This document shows, piece after piece, positions 10,560 to 19,132 of a stretch of 55,740 bases of DNA. Position numbers and translations under genes: made by a program. Numbering within the stretch: the stretch's first letter is position 1; the number at the start of each line of letters is the position of its first letter. The notes beneath the pieces were generated by a model that was not told where the DNA came from, did not search any database, and saw only the letters and a list, made by a program, of their open reading frames with translations. Source of the DNA: an uncultured Microbacteriaceae bacterium (GTDB taxonomy: Bacteria; Actinomycetota; Actinomycetes; Actinomycetales; Microbacteriaceae); contig CAYWZI010000001.1 in assembly GCA_964462815.1 (NCBI GenBank), positions 1 through 55,740 of the forward strand. The letters run 5' to 3'.

Positions 10560-11708
10560 TTAGCTACCTGCGGTGATTAGCTCCCAGGCGTCTAGCCAAT
10601 CCTGGTAGCTTGTAACACCCTCTGGCACTTCTTCACCGGGAATCATGGGCCCGAAGACGTTTGTGTCGGGATCCATTACTGATGCTTCGTAGTCATACAC
10701 ATCGGCCGGCCCGCCAGCGATCTGAGGGATGGCATTGCTGTTCACGACGCCCGAAATCAGGTTCTCGGCCAGTTGCACTTGAGCCTCAACGCCGATCATC
10801 TGATCGATGTAGAGGGCCGCGCACTCGACGTTTTTCGCGGTAGTTGGGATTGCGAGCGCATCCCACCAACCGGTTCGGCCCTCGTCGAAGTATCCCCAGT
10901 CCAGCGTCACTCCGCGGTCCTCGGCAGCAGCAACTTGCGCCTGCCAACCGTTAATCATCAGGTCTACATCTCCCGATACCATTCGATCCGTTCCGTCTTG
11001 GAAGTTCGTCGCGAATGCAGCGGCGTTTTGAACGAGTGCCTTCGCCTCCTGGGCTACTCGCTCGAGTTCTTCCGGGGTGTAGTAAGGAGCGTCAAAGCCG
11101 AGAGCATTTCCAACAAAGTAGAAGCTCCGGCCCGGAGAGTTGAATAGGACGAATCGGTTCTTCCACTCAGGTTCCGTCAGGTCGAGAATCGACAAGCGGT
11201 CTCCGACAATCTCCGCATTGTCGGGTCTGTATACAAACGGTCCGTCTCCCCACGCAATCGGTGCACCGAAGATCGTGCCCTCAGCGTCTCGAATATTCGG
11301 GTTGCTCTGCATACCGGGCACCATGTCATCCCAGTTGTCAAGACGACCGGTGGGCAACGGCTGGAAGATCCCACCAGCAATCATCCGCTGGGCATCATCC
11401 TTGGTCATTGTCGCCAGGTCGAACTCCTGGCCAGATCTGATCGCAGCAATTAGCTGTGACATGTCTGTCGTTGACGTTGTTTGCAGCGTCATGTTTCGTT
11501 CGGCACGCCAGTCTGCGAGCTCCACCTCGCCCTGCTCGCCATCTAGCCCAATGAAGCTCAGGGTGACCCCGTCGCACGCATTCGGATCGATCGGCCCCGC
11601 GTTTTCAGTCTGAATCGGTGCTGCACCTCCCTCAGCGCAGCCCGCGAGGACCGCGCCTAACCCGACCAACGCGGCGAACGCGGCAGCCTTAAGTGTCCTT
11701 CGCAACAT
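10560..11708 (-). CDS. ABC transporter substrate-binding lipoprotein (PotD/PotF-like)
   Basis: Signal peptide with LAGC lipobox; GAPIAWG and WWDALAIP; AAGGAGA RBS. Confidence 0.85.
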   Translation of the reverse strand: MLRRTLKAAAFAALVGLGAVLAGCAEGGAAPIQTENAGPIDPNACDGVTLSFIGLDGEQGEVELADWRAERNMTLQTTSTTDMSQLIAAIRSGQEFDLATMTKDDAQRMIAGGIFQPLPTGRLDNWDDMVPGMQSNPNIRDAEGTIFGAPIAWGDGPFVYRPDNAEIVGDRLSILDLTEPEWKNRFVLFNSPGRSFYFVGNALGFDAPYYTPEELERVAQEAKALVQNAAAFATNFQDGTDRMVSGDVDLMINGWQAQVAAAEDRGVTLDWGYFDEGRTGWWDALAIPTTAKNVECAALYIDQMIGVEAQVQLAENLISGVVNSNAIPQIAGGPADVYDYEASVMDPDTNVFGPMIPGEEVPEGVTSYQDWLDAWELITAGS

Positions 11709-11963
11709 GAAATCTCCTTTGATCGTGTTGTTGTGGTTGCTGTCATTCCACTGGGGTGAGCCTAAGACCTAGGTTCTAGCTTGTCAACGGCGTCTCCCCC
11801 AAGACCCCGACTTCAAGCGCGGCTCCGGCCTAACGGAGTTCTCGAGTCTCCATTTCGACACCGCGATCTTTGGCGTTTCAGCATGCCTGCAGTCCGGGAT
11901 TTGGGCGTGAAGTCGCGCCGCCACCGGGGGGCTTCTCGGCACGAGCGTCCAGCAGCCTCCTCC

Positions 11964-12060
11964 TCTCAAAATCGATCGTCTATTGAGACGCCGGGCAGGG
12001 CCGCCGACACGCCCGGGCGTTGAGTCTCAGAAAACTCTCTCAAATCTCTGAGTAGTGAGA
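11964..12060. promoter_or_regulatory. Probable res site (resolvase binding subsites)
   Basis: TCTCAA-N13-TTGAGA at 11964-11988, plus further TCTCA/TGAGA half-sites at 12025-12060, directly upstream of the resolvase. Confidence 0.6.
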
Positions 12061-12083
12061 GACGACTTGTTAGCCTCAGCCGT

Positions 12084-12647
12084 GTGACGACCTTCGCCTA
12101 CATTCGCACCAGCACCACCGAACAGAACTCTGCGCTACAGCGCGACGCGATCGCGGCTGCCGGCATCGCCGAGAAGTACGTCTACGCCGACGAAGGCGTC
12201 TCTGGCTCGCTCGCCAACCGGCCCCGCCTCGACGCGCTGCTCGATCGACTCGACGACGGTGACGAGGTAGTGGTGTGGAAGCTCGATCGACTCGGCCGCA
12301 ACACGCGCAATGTGCTCGAGCTCGTCGAGACCATCAAGAGCAAGGGCGCGACCTTCCGCTCTCTCACCGAGGGAATCAGTACCGGTGGCCCTATGGGTGA
12401 GGCGATGCTGACGATCATGACCGCCTTCGCGCAGCTCGAGCGTGACACCCTTATCGAACGCACTCGTGCCGGCCTCGAGTCAGCCCGAGCCCTGGGTCGC
12501 ATCGGCGGACGGCCACCAAAGGTCGACGCGAAGATGCTCGAGCGCATACGCAAGCTAGCCGCCAGCGGCGAATACACCCGCGCCGAGATCGCAGAGATGG
12601 TGCAGGTCAGCCGAGCGACGCTCTATCGAGCGCTGCAGTCGATCTGA
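12084..12647 (+). CDS. Serine resolvase/invertase with C-terminal HTH
   Basis: AYIRTST (catalytic Ser), VWKLDRLGR, ERTRAGL, GRIGGRPP and VSRATLYR. Confidence 0.95.
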   Translation: MTTFAYIRTSTTEQNSALQRDAIAAAGIAEKYVYADEGVSGSLANRPRLDALLDRLDDGDEVVVWKLDRLGRNTRNVLELVETIKSKGATFRSLTEGISTGGPMGEAMLTIMTAFAQLERDTLIERTRAGLESARALGRIGGRPPKVDAKMLERIRKLAASGEYTRAEIAEMVQVSRATLYRALQSI

Positions 12648-12698
12648 GTGGTGCCGTACACCTCGCTAAACCATCGCGCACGGGCGAACCGGCTCTAT

Positions 12699-13595
12699 TC
12701 AGGACCAGAGCGGAGACTCCTTCCACGAATCAGGGGCTCCCGTATGAGCGACCGGCACGATTCGAACCTCCGGGAAGGCACGCATCGCGGCTGGTAGTCC
12801 GGCACGCCTTAACCCCTGGCTGTCGAGCATGAATTGAATGAGGGTCAGATGACCGAAGGTCTTCGAGAAAGGCGCTGCACCATCGAGCGCCGGATATCGC
12901 CCAGGAGAGGGCAGTCGCGGCGACAGCGCGAAGACTCGGTTAAACAGTCGTCCATGATGTGCGCAAACGTTCCGAACGATGTTGAGAGACTTCAGCCACG
13001 ATTCCAGCTGTGGAGCTCGAAGCCGAAAGCACTCGGCGACTGCGTCCTGCACAGGCCTCGGAGAGAACCCATAGAGCTTCGTCAATCCGCCCCAATCGAG
13101 TAGCTCGACGGCAGCCCATATCGGCAGCCTTCCGCCGTACAGGTTTCGATGATGCCCCACGAAGTCCTCGTGGGATTCAGCCAGCGAACGCTCGTACTTC
13201 TGTCGCCACAATCGATACGGCTCGCCCCGAGCTCGCGCGTTGAGCAGCGAAGGCTCGAGGTGAACGCACTCATGGATCCGACCCAATTCGTGACCGAGCA
13301 AGGCACGCATGACTAGTTCGATTGTTGCAAGCGAACTGAATGTCATTGCTCGAAGCGAGGCGTCAAATTCGTAGAGCTTAACCACATCGGAGAGAGTGGT
13401 TCCCGCATAAAACTCATCTACTCGAACACCAGCCTCAAGCTTTCGAAACGGATACCAGTACCCGCTGAGCCTGTAGTAGTTGACTCGTTGAAGTTGAGAT
13501 AACGCCGCATCGCGATCACCGACATCCATTCCCCGCGACTCGAGGAGGTCCACTTGCTCTTCATAGGACCGAAACAGTTTGACCGCTGTCAACAT
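12699..13595 (-). CDS. Abi_2 (AbiD/AbiF-like) HEPN abortive-infection protein
   Basis: SYEEQVDLLESRG, NYYRLSGYWYPF, LPIWAAVE and the HEPN motif RNVCAHHGRLFN. Confidence 0.88.
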   Translation of the reverse strand: MLTAVKLFRSYEEQVDLLESRGMDVGDRDAALSQLQRVNYYRLSGYWYPFRKLEAGVRVDEFYAGTTLSDVVKLYEFDASLRAMTFSSLATIELVMRALLGHELGRIHECVHLEPSLLNARARGEPYRLWRQKYERSLAESHEDFVGHHRNLYGGRLPIWAAVELLDWGGLTKLYGFSPRPVQDAVAECFRLRAPQLESWLKSLNIVRNVCAHHGRLFNRVFALSPRLPSPGRYPALDGAAPFSKTFGHLTLIQFMLDSQGLRRAGLPAAMRAFPEVRIVPVAHTGAPDSWKESPLWS

Positions 13596-13611
13596 GTCTC
13601 CACAAAGTGAA

Positions 13612-13648
13612 GACCGGCCCTGGACCTACAGAGTAGGCGGAACCGGTC
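13612..13648 (-). ncRNA. Structured 5' leader hairpin of the Abi gene (abiF-RNA-like candidate)
   Basis: Sense strand GACCGGUUC...GGGCCGGUC stem enclosing CCUAC-UCU-GUAGG. It lies between a TGc-TACAGT -10 (13660-13665) and the GGAG RBS. Confidence 0.5.
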
Positions 13649-13791
13649 GTGATGTGACCACTGTAGCAACCCGCCCCGACATCTTCCAGTGCAGGTGCCG
13701 AAATCCGCATGGTTCCCGGTATCGGGCAAAGATCGAACGATCTTCTCCGTGAATTCCCGCGAGACGAAGAACGCGAATGAGTCCGTGCAAA

Positions 13792-16700
13792 TCAAGAGCT
13801 CTCAGCCCCCTCAACGGCCATCCACGCCACGAGTCGCACCTCGTCGAGACGGATGCTCGGCAGGGGCTTCACTTTCTCGGCCGGCTGGATTCCAAACTGG
13901 TCCAGTACCTTCGTGATCTCGCTCAACTGCTCGGCTGGCTCACGATCGCCGGCCAGCGCCTGGCGCATCGCCCGGGCGGCCTTGACACTCGGTACCGATT
14001 GGAGTCGTTTCACGAGTTCGACTTGCTTCGCCTGCCCGAGCGACGTGCCGTGTTCCATGGCGAGTGCAGCTGCATCGCGGAACGCTTTCGGAAGTGCGGC
14101 AGCAAATGCATTGGGATCAGTGCCAGCGAGCCACTCCTCGTAGGCGTGATCGCGCGCGATAGCCCACGCTTCGTAGGCGCCCCGGAACGCTTCATCGGTG
14201 AGCCGTCGCTCACGTGTGGGCACTCCGGGGTCAGCCGCTACGAGTGACGAGAGGGTGTCATCCTCGACCTTCCAGCCGTCACCTTCGTCGAGCGGTAGGG
14301 GCGCCCACGACTGATCGACGGGCACGTTTCGAAACCACACGCGGTCGCTAGTGCCCATGCGCATGCAGAACACATACACGTTGCCCTCAACGGCCGGGTT
14401 GCTGAAGCCACTGCCGATACCGTGCGGCATCGCCTCGAGTTCCGATCGCAGTGCTGGTTCGCGGTTGAGAGCGTCCGAAAGCCGACGACGATACTCTTCT
14501 CCCGATCCCGCCGCGGAACCGCCCCCGCTCTCGACGAGGGTTTCGATTTCTTCAACGATCTCGTCGGGATTGAAGAAGTCCCGCGGCTCGAACGCACTCA
14601 CGCCGGGCAGAACAACACCAGTACCCACAGCGGCGTCCGCCTGACGGAGCTTCCGCACGAGGGTCTGCTCTAGCTTCAGAAACTCGTCAAGGTGATCCGT
14701 CGGAAAGAAGACGCCGAGCGCGATCTCGGGGTGCTCGCTACCGATGCGGTCAACGCGGCCGTGACGTTGCACAATGCGCATGGGGTTCCACGGCAGGTCG
14801 TAGTTGATGATTCGAGCCGCCTGTTGAAGGTTCACTCCCTCAGCAAGAACATCGGTGGTCAGGAGAATGTCGTACTCATCTTCGTCTTGCGGCACCCCGT
14901 CGTCGTCGAGACGGCCGGCTGTGCGGGGAGCAAACCCAGCCACAGCGCGTGCTCGAGACATCTGATCGATCCCGCCTGTCTTCCCGGATGCGTACTCTCC
15001 GATGATCGGAGGTGCCAATCGCCCGCGGTAGTCGTCGAGGGGTGTGCCTGTGGGCGCCGCTGCAAGGGTGTCGCTCAGTCGCTCATGCAGATCGCGAATG
15101 GTGTCGGCGTAGGTCGAGAACACGATGACCTTTCGTCGGTCACTCGCGCTAATGCCGCGGGCGCTTATGGGTCTGGCTTCGTCTGCGATGACGGAAAGCT
15201 CATCGATCAGTCGCCCCGCCTTAGGATCATCAACCCCAGCTGCCTCAAGGGCCTTCTGCTTCAACGTTCTCAGTAGCTCCAGATCAAGTGCGACGTCGCT
15301 CGCCAGCACCTCACCGTGGTAAAGCTCGACCGGGGTTGCCTGGTGCGACTTGTCCTCGTCTAGTTGCTCGACAATCTCGTCGAGGTCTTCTGATTCGGAG
15401 TTCACGTAGTCGCGCAGCGCCCCTCCAATGAGTACGTATCCGTCGTTGAGCCCTGCGAGGAATCCCTCGTGGGCGCGGATCAGCACATCGAACGTGCTCG
15501 CTAGGGCGCGCGGCGACGACTCGAGCCGCTTGAGTAGCGCAGAGCGCAGCAGGCCCATGTTCGACACTTGAGTCGCGTCTAGCTTCTCGGTCGTGAGGTA
15601 AGCGCTGGGCGCGTACCGCGACAGCAGAAGACGACCAGGGTCACCTCGCCTGAGCTCGAAGGATGCCACGTGCTTTTCGTCTTCAGGGATGTCGAGGGCA
15701 TACGTGACGGCCTTGACCAAATCCTCTCCAGGCTCGTCGAGTTCGTAGTCAACGCGGTAGACGCGCGCATCGGGGAACTCGACGACGATCTTCTTGCCAC
15801 CAGGCCCTGGCACCGTTTCGCCCTTGTAGTGCTCCTTCACGAAACGGCGGGTTCGACGCACTGATACCTGGTCCATGAGGTCGAACAGGTGTGCTGGAGT
15901 CAGCGCCTCAGGGTCAAGCTTCTGCGCATCTCGGATGTACTGCTTGATCGAGGGAATACCGAGGGCTGCAAACCGCGCGTCGTCCCGCACGAAGTACTTG
16001 ATGAGGGTCTCGAGGTCTACCAGTGAGTTGTTAACCGGCGTCGCGGTCAGCAGCACCACCTTCTTGGGGTACTTGCCGGCCAGGATGATGCGGTCGAGCG
16101 CAGCGGAGCGCGCAGCGCCCGCGTTGCGCAGGTTGTGTGCTTCATCAACGATCACCAGCGCGGCGTCCTCAGCGCGATCGTAAAAGCGCTTGTGGTCCTC
16201 GTGCTCCGGGTCCATCCGATTGCGGATCTCCTCGTAGGAGTGCACTGTCACGCGGCGACTCAAGTCGTAGCGATCAATCAGCGGATCCCACACTGCCGCC
16301 TTGAGGGCGGCAGGGGCTGCGACGAGCACACGCTGACGACGCTCCTCGGTGGCTGCGGCGATTACCTCCAGTGCGAGGTAGGTTTTGCCGAGGCCCACCT
16401 CGTCGGCAACGAGAACACCACCGACCTCGTCAAGCAAGCGCTCCATACGGCGCACCCCGTCGGCCTGGAACCGGGTGAGCTCAAACCGCGTCGGACCCGC
16501 CTCTTCCTCGTCGAGGTGCGGGCCATACCGCTCGAGCAGCATCCGCAAGAAGACCCGCCATGGCGAGTGCTCCTGCCACAGCGGCTCATACAATGCCGCA
16601 AGGTCATAGGCCTCACTATCGGCCCAGCACTCCTCGAACCAATCGACGACCTGCCCGGTCGAACCGTGCTGACCCGAAGCGCCAACGTTGAGCTCGGCAT

Positions 16701-17229
16701 TGCGGGTAAGGCCGGCGAGGGTGAGGTTGCTCGACCCGGCGAGGTAGGCCGGATGCGTCGGGTGATGACTGATGTACGCCTTGCCGTGCAGAAACCCGCC
16801 GGTGTAGCGGCGAATCTCGACGACAGGCTCGCCCCGTTCATCGGCGGCACGAAGCCAGCTGACGAGCCGCTTTGCCGACAGAGTAGCCTCCGGTGCGAAG
16901 CCGAGGGCGTCGCGCTCTGCCCGCAGCCAGGCGTCGTGATCATGAAGCGCACCGCGCAGGCGAGCACGAACGGCTTCGTCGGCCCGCTCGTTCAACACCG
17001 GGTCGGGCAGCGGCTCAGCCCCGAGTAGCACGCGGATGCGAGGCAGCTGCTCGAGCTCGTCGGCGATCAGCAGGAAGCCGGCCGGGTTGACATAGGCGGT
17101 CGCGATGGCTGCGCTGGGAGCGGACGCGAGCGCCTCCCTATTCACCCGGAACAGCCGTGCAATCTCCTGCCCTACCGTCATGGGCGGCGCGAGACGGTTG
17201 GTCGCGAAGACGGGCAGCTGCTCAGTCAT
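13792..17229 (-). CDS. PLD-nuclease/SNF2-like helicase fusion (restriction-modification/DISARM-associated type)
   Basis: PLD motif FLHGKAYI..GSSNLT...N; ADEVGLGKT; IVDEAHN; LLTATP; TDVLAEGVNLQ; INYDLPWNP; QRHGRVDRIGS. Confidence 0.88.
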   Translation of the reverse strand: MTEQLPVFATNRLAPPMTVGQEIARLFRVNREALASAPSAAIATAYVNPAGFLLIADELEQLPRIRVLLGAEPLPDPVLNERADEAVRARLRGALHDHDAWLRAERDALGFAPEATLSAKRLVSWLRAADERGEPVVEIRRYTGGFLHGKAYISHHPTHPAYLAGSSNLTLAGLTRNAELNVGASGQHGSTGQVVDWFEECWADSEAYDLAALYEPLWQEHSPWRVFLRMLLERYGPHLDEEEAGPTRFELTRFQADGVRRMERLLDEVGGVLVADEVGLGKTYLALEVIAAATEERRQRVLVAAPAALKAAVWDPLIDRYDLSRRVTVHSYEEIRNRMDPEHEDHKRFYDRAEDAALVIVDEAHNLRNAGAARSAALDRIILAGKYPKKVVLLTATPVNNSLVDLETLIKYFVRDDARFAALGIPSIKQYIRDAQKLDPEALTPAHLFDLMDQVSVRRTRRFVKEHYKGETVPGPGGKKIVVEFPDARVYRVDYELDEPGEDLVKAVTYALDIPEDEKHVASFELRRGDPGRLLLSRYAPSAYLTTEKLDATQVSNMGLLRSALLKRLESSPRALASTFDVLIRAHEGFLAGLNDGYVLIGGALRDYVNSESEDLDEIVEQLDEDKSHQATPVELYHGEVLASDVALDLELLRTLKQKALEAAGVDDPKAGRLIDELSVIADEARPISARGISASDRRKVIVFSTYADTIRDLHERLSDTLAAAPTGTPLDDYRGRLAPPIIGEYASGKTGGIDQMSRARAVAGFAPRTAGRLDDDGVPQDEDEYDILLTTDVLAEGVNLQQAARIINYDLPWNPMRIVQRHGRVDRIGSEHPEIALGVFFPTDHLDEFLKLEQTLVRKLRQADAAVGTGVVLPGVSAFEPRDFFNPDEIVEEIETLVESGGGSAAGSGEEYRRRLSDALNREPALRSELEAMPHGIGSGFSNPAVEGNVYVFCMRMGTSDRVWFRNVPVDQSWAPLPLDEGDGWKVEDDTLSSLVAADPGVPTRERRLTDEAFRGAYEAWAIARDHAYEEWLAGTDPNAFAAALPKAFRDAAALAMEHGTSLGQAKQVELVKRLQSVPSVKAARAMRQALAGDREPAEQLSEITKVLDQFGIQPAEKVKPLPSIRLDEVRLVAWMAVEGAESS

Positions 17230-19132
17230 GGATGTCGTCTCCCGCTTCGTTTCCAGCAGCCGGTTCGGAAGGAACTGGCAATGGGCCGGGCCACGCTTCG
17301 ACAACGAGGCGTGTCAGTTGGGCTCCCCGCTCTTCGATGTCGGTCTCGCTCCAATGCTTCTGCTTCTCGTCGACGATGAGCTTGTTGAGCACGAGGAGGC
17401 TGTACATGCTCAAGAGACTCCGCTTGCCTTTTCCGGCTTGGCCGCCTTCCTTGAGCGTGCTCGCTTCTTCATCTCTCCACGGCCGATTCGAGAGAGAGCT
17501 GTTGAGTGAGCTCGTCGTCAGGGTGAGGTTGCCGATCGTGTGGATAACCGCATCGCGCTTCGCCGCCTTCTGCGGGTCGAGCGGTGGTCGTGCGTCCCAG
17601 AAGGTCCGCCAGCCTCGCGGCATGATGTGCTCGAGAGACAGGCCGCTCGGCATAGCGACGTCTTCGTGCTTGGTCGACGATGCCCGGAGCCTTGCTTCTA
17701 CCGCGCCGAGCACTGCGGTGATGCGAGACTGCTTCATCGCTCCGTAGAGTTTCTTGTCCGGAAGTTCGGCGATCATCTGGAAGTCGCTGGGCCAGTAGCG
17801 CGAATCCGCAGTCTGCGTCGACAAGAAGGTCCTGAGCTTCTCTCCCGCGACGCTCGGGTCGACCTGCACGAGATCCTTGAGAACAGCGACCATGAATCGG
17901 TTCACGTCTTTGGAGGTCAGCCGAAGGAGTGTGCGCCGTGTGACCCAGCTCTCCAAGGCCCCGAGTCCGATCTGCACCTGGTCGTCGGGAACGTGGTGGT
18001 TTCGAGAGATGAACCACAAGAAGACCGGCATCGTCGCCGCCAGTTCCATCGCCTCGATCACCTGGGCGCGGAACTGCCCGGCCGAGGTCGACCTGTCCAG
18101 TTCCGCTATTCCCCGATAGGTGTCCGCATCGGCCCGGAGCTCACGGAGGAATCGCTCAGCACCCTCTGCAGAGGTCATGTGTCGGCCTGCGTACTCGGTG
18201 AAGAGACGGAAGACGAGTTCTGACTTCACCTCGTCGAGGGTGCGCATGGTCAACCAGTACTGCAGGAAGATGTCGACGCGCGATCGGTTGAGCCGACCTT
18301 GGGCGATCTCTTCCCGCCACCACTCGGTGTCGAAGTCGTCCCACAGAACCCTGGACCACTCGTCGATGTCCGCCCCGAGTTTCTTGCCCTGCTGGAATAC
18401 CCAGTTCTTGATGAGGTCTGCCTTGAGCAATGGGGTGCCCCGGTCGTTGAGGGTCTCGAAGACAAGCTGCGCGTCGTCATCGTTGCTCAGGTCGATGGCG
18501 ACGAGCATGAGCCGACCAGCCAGAGTCTCACTGAGCTGGCGAGCACGTTGGGCTTCCGTGCCGGGCGGCACCTCGCCCCCGTCCGCGGGCGACCCTGCCA
18601 ACCAGCGACCGGCCTCGGCACGGAAGAAGCGATCAGCGAGGAACAGTGGGTGACCCTCGTCTTTCGTGTACGTCACACCGTCCATGACAGCCGTGAACGG
18701 CTGTCGGTCTGCCTGCGATGGCCAGAGCTTGAACCGTCCCTCCGTCTTCGCGAACTCCGGCTGACCGTTGCGCGTCAGTTCCTCCAGGAGTTGAGCCTCA
18801 GACTCGTGACCGCGTTCGGCCAAGACTGCTCGAACCGCATGCAGAAGAACCTGAATGGTCGTGAGCCGTTGCTGCCCATCGATGACCTCGTGAGTCGTCA
18901 AACCGGCTGACGTCGCCTGGTTCAGCTGGAAGACGATCGCCCCCAGGAAGTGGGCGCGGACCGGATGCCCCTCATCCCGGAGATGGCTTTCACTGACACG
19001 GATGATGTCGTCCCACAAAGGGGCCCACTGATCCTCTTCATTCCAGACGTAAGGCCGCTGGAAAGGCGGAATCTCGAAGTGCTTCCGCCCCTCGAAGAGG
19101 TCTTTAGGATTTGCTTTCATCGGCTGCTGCAT
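17222..19132 (-). CDS. GmrSD-family (DUF262 + DUF1524/HNH) type IV restriction endonuclease
   Basis: IPPFQRPYVW, VIDGQQRLTT, VFETLNDRG, LEHIMP and IGNLTL...N; TGATG coupling to the MTase. Confidence 0.9.
   Translation of the reverse strand: MQQPMKANPKDLFEGRKHFEIPPFQRPYVWNEEDQWAPLWDDIIRVSESHLRDEGHPVRAHFLGAIVFQLNQATSAGLTTHEVIDGQQRLTTIQVLLHAVRAVLAERGHESEAQLLEELTRNGQPEFAKTEGRFKLWPSQADRQPFTAVMDGVTYTKDEGHPLFLADRFFRAEAGRWLAGSPADGGEVPPGTEAQRARQLSETLAGRLMLVAIDLSNDDDAQLVFETLNDRGTPLLKADLIKNWVFQQGKKLGADIDEWSRVLWDDFDTEWWREEIAQGRLNRSRVDIFLQYWLTMRTLDEVKSELVFRLFTEYAGRHMTSAEGAERFLRELRADADTYRGIAELDRSTSAGQFRAQVIEAMELAATMPVFLWFISRNHHVPDDQVQIGLGALESWVTRRTLLRLTSKDVNRFMVAVLKDLVQVDPSVAGEKLRTFLSTQTADSRYWPSDFQMIAELPDKKLYGAMKQSRITAVLGAVEARLRASSTKHEDVAMPSGLSLEHIMPRGWRTFWDARPPLDPQKAAKRDAVIHTIGNLTLTTSSLNSSLSNRPWRDEEASTLKEGGQAGKGKRSLLSMYSLLVLNKLIVDEKQKHWSETDIEERGAQLTRLVVEAWPGPLPVPSEPAAGNEAGDDIHD

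Noticed and set aside
11781..12023. Short ORFs between the ABC binding-protein gene and the resolvase
   Set aside because: No recognisable motifs, and they overlap the res site.
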